From the NCBI GenBank assembly GCA_964617525.1, contig CAZTWG010000031.1, positions 1 through 7,117 of the forward strand: a stretch of DNA of 7,117 nucleotides, read 5' to 3'. Positions 5,263-7,117 of the stretch are shown piece after piece. How positions within the stretch are numbered: position 1 is the first letter of the stretch; every line of letters begins with the position of its first letter. This stretch comes from an uncultured Gammaproteobacteria bacterium. Lineage in GTDB: Bacteria; Patescibacteriota; Patescibacteriia; UBA2591; UBA6264. Made by a program: the position numbers and the translations under genes. A model generated the notes under the pieces. That model searched no databases and was not told the DNA's origin. It saw only the letters and a program-made list of their open reading frames with translations.

Positions 5263-6006
5263 TTAACTTACAGGTAACAAAACTGAAACAATGCGTATAT
5301 TCTTCTCGGCCAAAAGATTAATAATTAACTCTTGGAAAATAGCATTTGGTTTTTTGTTTATCTCTACAACTTGACCAATAATAATTCCACGCCTAATGCT
5401 TTCTTCTAATCCTGAAGTAATAACAATATCACCTAATTCTACCTTTTGGTCTAAAGGCACATACTTCATTTTAACTATTAAATTATATTCTCCCTGAATA
5501 ACTCCAGACGTAACATCAGATTTATTATCTTCATTAAAACTAATAATATCGGCAGTTACAAAAGAATGAAGGTCTACCAAGGGTCTAACGTAAGAAATTG
5601 AATCCTCCGCAGTGATAACACTGCCTACTAGCGACCCCCTTTTGTCAACTACTGCTAGCCCAGGACTAATTCCATCTTTTTTCCCTTTATTGATTATAAT
5701 CCAATTAAAACCTGATTCATAACGACGACCCAAGATATTAGCTAAAACGAATTTATCTTTAGATTCTGTTAAAAAGTCAAGATGTTGTTTTAGTGTTTCG
5801 TTTTGGCTTCTATAAAATTTTAATTTCATATTTTCAATTTTCAAATCTTCGCATGCATCATATTGATTTGCTGAATCTTGTTTTTGACGATAAAGAAATT
5901 TTTGCCATGGTTCAGATATAACAAAAAAAACATTTTCCCCATGTAGGAGAAAAATGGATAAATATAACAATAAAACAAAAATAAAGAAAACAAAGACTTT
6001 TCTCAT
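5263..6006 (-). CDS. mreC: Rod shape-determining protein MreC
   Basis: 247 aa. It has an N-terminal TM anchor (VFVFFIFVLLLYLSIFLL) and a coiled-coil-like stretch (LKIENMKLKFYRSQNETLKQHLDFL). Two beta-barrel regions follow, carrying typical MreC signatures (GISPGLAVVDKRGSLVGSVI and GDIVITSGLEESIRRGIIIGQVV). Confidence 0.9.
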   Translation of the reverse strand: MRKVFVFFIFVLLLYLSIFLLHGENVFFVISEPWQKFLYRQKQDSANQYDACEDLKIENMKLKFYRSQNETLKQHLDFLTESKDKFVLANILGRRYESGFNWIIINKGKKDGISPGLAVVDKRGSLVGSVITAEDSISYVRPLVDLHSFVTADIISFNEDNKSDVTSGVIQGEYNLIVKMKYVPLDQKVELGDIVITSGLEESIRRGIIIGQVVEINKKPNAIFQELIINLLAEKNIRIVSVLLPVS

Positions 6007-6038
6007 AAAATTAAAGCAGAAAATTTCTTTTAAGTTAT

Positions 6039-7117
6039 TTAAATGCCAGGTGCTGAACTTTCAATAATTGGACCATCGGGATAAACTTCATCAATGGAAA
6101 TTTCAATCACATCTTCCCACTTAAATCCCAAAGATTCAAATATTTCCGCAGACTTAAAGGCGCGTTTTTGATTATTTTCTATCAAATATATTCCTGGTTG
6201 CCCCACATATTTAATTAGAGTCCCATCTAAATATCCTGTAATATTTGCACCACTGACATACGTCTCGCTTGATGGTATTTCGATCACATTTTCCCATTTA
6301 AACCCTAATTTTTCAAATATTTCTCCAGATTCAAAAGCACGTTTTTGATTATTTTCTATTAGATATATTTCTGGTCGGTCTGCATATTTAATCAAAGTGC
6401 CGTCAGCTCTTCCTTGCGGTTGGACAATAAATTGAAAGCTATTTATTAACATTTGAAATGTAGTTTTGAAATTAGCCTCTTCGCTAGAACCTACCATATA
6501 CGACAAAATATAAACTTTGTCTTCCTTGGTGACATAAATTGTGAGATGGTCTTGACTCCATACTGCCGATTGGTCGTTAACAATTGTCTCAAATAATAAA
6601 TCAGGATTTACGTCTGGAGATTGACGTAAATACCAATCTCGTGGATTTAATTTTTCTGGATTATTTTCAACAGTGACGCTAAAAAATTCACCTGTATTAG
6701 TTATAACTAAAATTTCTTGATTGTCCGTTTCTGGTATAGCGCGCGCTAGCCAAGAAGCTGGATAAAAAAAGCTATAAGCAAAAGTAGAATTAGTATAAAT
6801 ATTAATCATTCCCGAAGTTGCTATTTTATCGCTTTCCGTTAAGGGATCCATTAGCGCCAAAATTTCTTGTCCATCAGGTTTAGAGTCAGCATCAGAATCA
6901 GGGTTGTTAATCTCCGTTTTAAATATAGTCTCCTCAACATTAGTTAATCCATCGTTATCGTCATCAGCGCTAGATGAAATGTCCGGAGCTATTTGGAATT
7001 CTTCAATAGTAGGTATTGTTTTTGATTTTTCAACAATGAGAGCTAAATTACTTGAAGGTAAAAAATCTAAGTTAGTACTAACAATATTGTCATCAATACC
7101 TATAGAACTTGGCAAAG
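6039..7117 (-). CDS. Large, probably exported or envelope-associated multi-domain protein. Partial: the N-terminus lies beyond the window. It contains Asp-rich thrombospondin-type-3-like Ca-binding motifs, a domain I cannot assign, and two tandem 59-aa C-terminal repeats.
   Basis: The reading frame is open to the window edge. The 'M' at 7115 in the track is a TTG, and no signal peptide or TM segment follows it, so the true start is probably upstream. Residues 51-84 of the track ORF (nt 6864..6965) read DDDNDGLTNVEE…NPDSDADSKPDGQE, matching the DxDxDG-type motif. Residues ~104-229 read INIYTNSTFAYSFFYPASW…FQMLINSFQF. Residues 238-355 hold the two repeats beginning DGTLIKY. The stop is TAA at 6039, 32 nt before the mreC start. 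Confidence 0.8.
   Translation of the reverse strand, partial: LPSSIGIDDNIVSTNLDFLPSSNLALIVEKSKTIPTIEEFQIAPDISSSADDDNDGLTNVEETIFKTEINNPDSDADSKPDGQEILALMDPLTESDKIATSGMINIYTNSTFAYSFFYPASWLARAIPETDNQEILVITNTGEFFSVTVENNPEKLNPRDWYLRQSPDVNPDLLFETIVNDQSAVWSQDHLTIYVTKEDKVYILSYMVGSSEEANFKTTFQMLINSFQFIVQPQGRADGTLIKYADRPEIYLIENNQKRAFESGEIFEKLGFKWENVIEIPSSETYVSGANITGYLDGTLIKYVGQPGIYLIENNQKRAFKSAEIFESLGFKWEDVIEISIDEVYPDGPIIESSAPGI
6051..6404 (-). repeat. Tandem in-frame duplication with a 177-nt (59-aa) period, forming the two C-terminal repeat modules of the envelope protein
   Basis: Unit A is 6228..6404 and unit B is 6051..6227. My hand alignment of the 127-nt core (6101..6227 against 6278..6404) gives 26 mismatches, about 80% identity. 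At the protein level, DGTLIKYADRPEIYLIENNQKRAFESGEIFEKLGFKWENVIEI aligns with DGTLIKYVGQPGIYLIENNQKRAFKSAEIFESLGFKWEDVIEI (35/43 identical). Confidence 0.85.

Noticed and set aside
6737-6748. Perfect 12-bp GC-cored palindrome TAGCGCGCGCTA, a second GCGCGC at 3116..3121, and several GCGCG pentamers (near 71, 3764 and 6165) in otherwise AT-rich DNA
   Set aside because: All copies lie inside coding regions and correspond to Arg-Ala / Ala-Arg codon pairs (for example WLARAIP and KRAF), so codon context explains them. There is no flanking structure, T-tract or positional pattern suggesting a regulatory or mobile-element role. A restriction-modification link cannot be tested from this window.
1-7117. 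Possibility of an alternative genetic code (for example TGA recoding as in some CPR lineages), or of CRISPR arrays, tRNAs, IS elements or defence genes
   Set aside because: All conserved genes (fmt, mrdA, mreC, and the eIF-2B-family ORF) are full length and uninterrupted under the standard code, Trp is encoded by TGG, and every stop is TAA. I saw no regularly spaced direct repeats, no cloverleaf-capable GC-rich segments, no terminal inverted repeats and no transposase-like ORFs on either strand.

Overview
This is an AT-rich bacterial fragment (about one-third GC or less by eye, not computed). Genes are tightly packed, all seven in-window stop codons are TAA, and no annotated start has a Shine-Dalgarno motif upstream. 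The gene content suggests a Candidate Phyla Radiation / Patescibacteria-like organism: an eIF-2B-family isomerase, thrombospondin-type-3-like Asp-rich motifs in a large envelope protein, and very short spacers. That placement is inference only. Layout: (i) 1-857, minus strand, holds a partial eIF-2B-family / ribose-1,5-bisphosphate-isomerase-like gene. It is absent from the supplied ORF track because its stop lies off-window. (ii) 858-997 is a 140-nt divergent control region containing a perfect 10-bp inverted repeat. (iii) The plus strand carries a 178-aa Lys-rich protein of unknown function whose stop sits 1 nt before the fmt start. (iv) A convergent five-gene envelope/cell-shape operon runs on the minus strand: partial repeat protein, then mreC, mreD, mrdA (PBP2), then a 111-aa two-TM protein with an acidic tail. 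A GC-rich hairpin plus U-tract that looks like the operon's terminator lies inside the fmt coding sequence. I saw no tRNA/rRNA, CRISPR array, transposase or recognisable defence gene. The candidates most worth follow-up are the Lys-rich fmt partner, the two unassigned genes in the usual mreB and rodA positions, the terminator embedded in fmt, and the operator-like palindrome.
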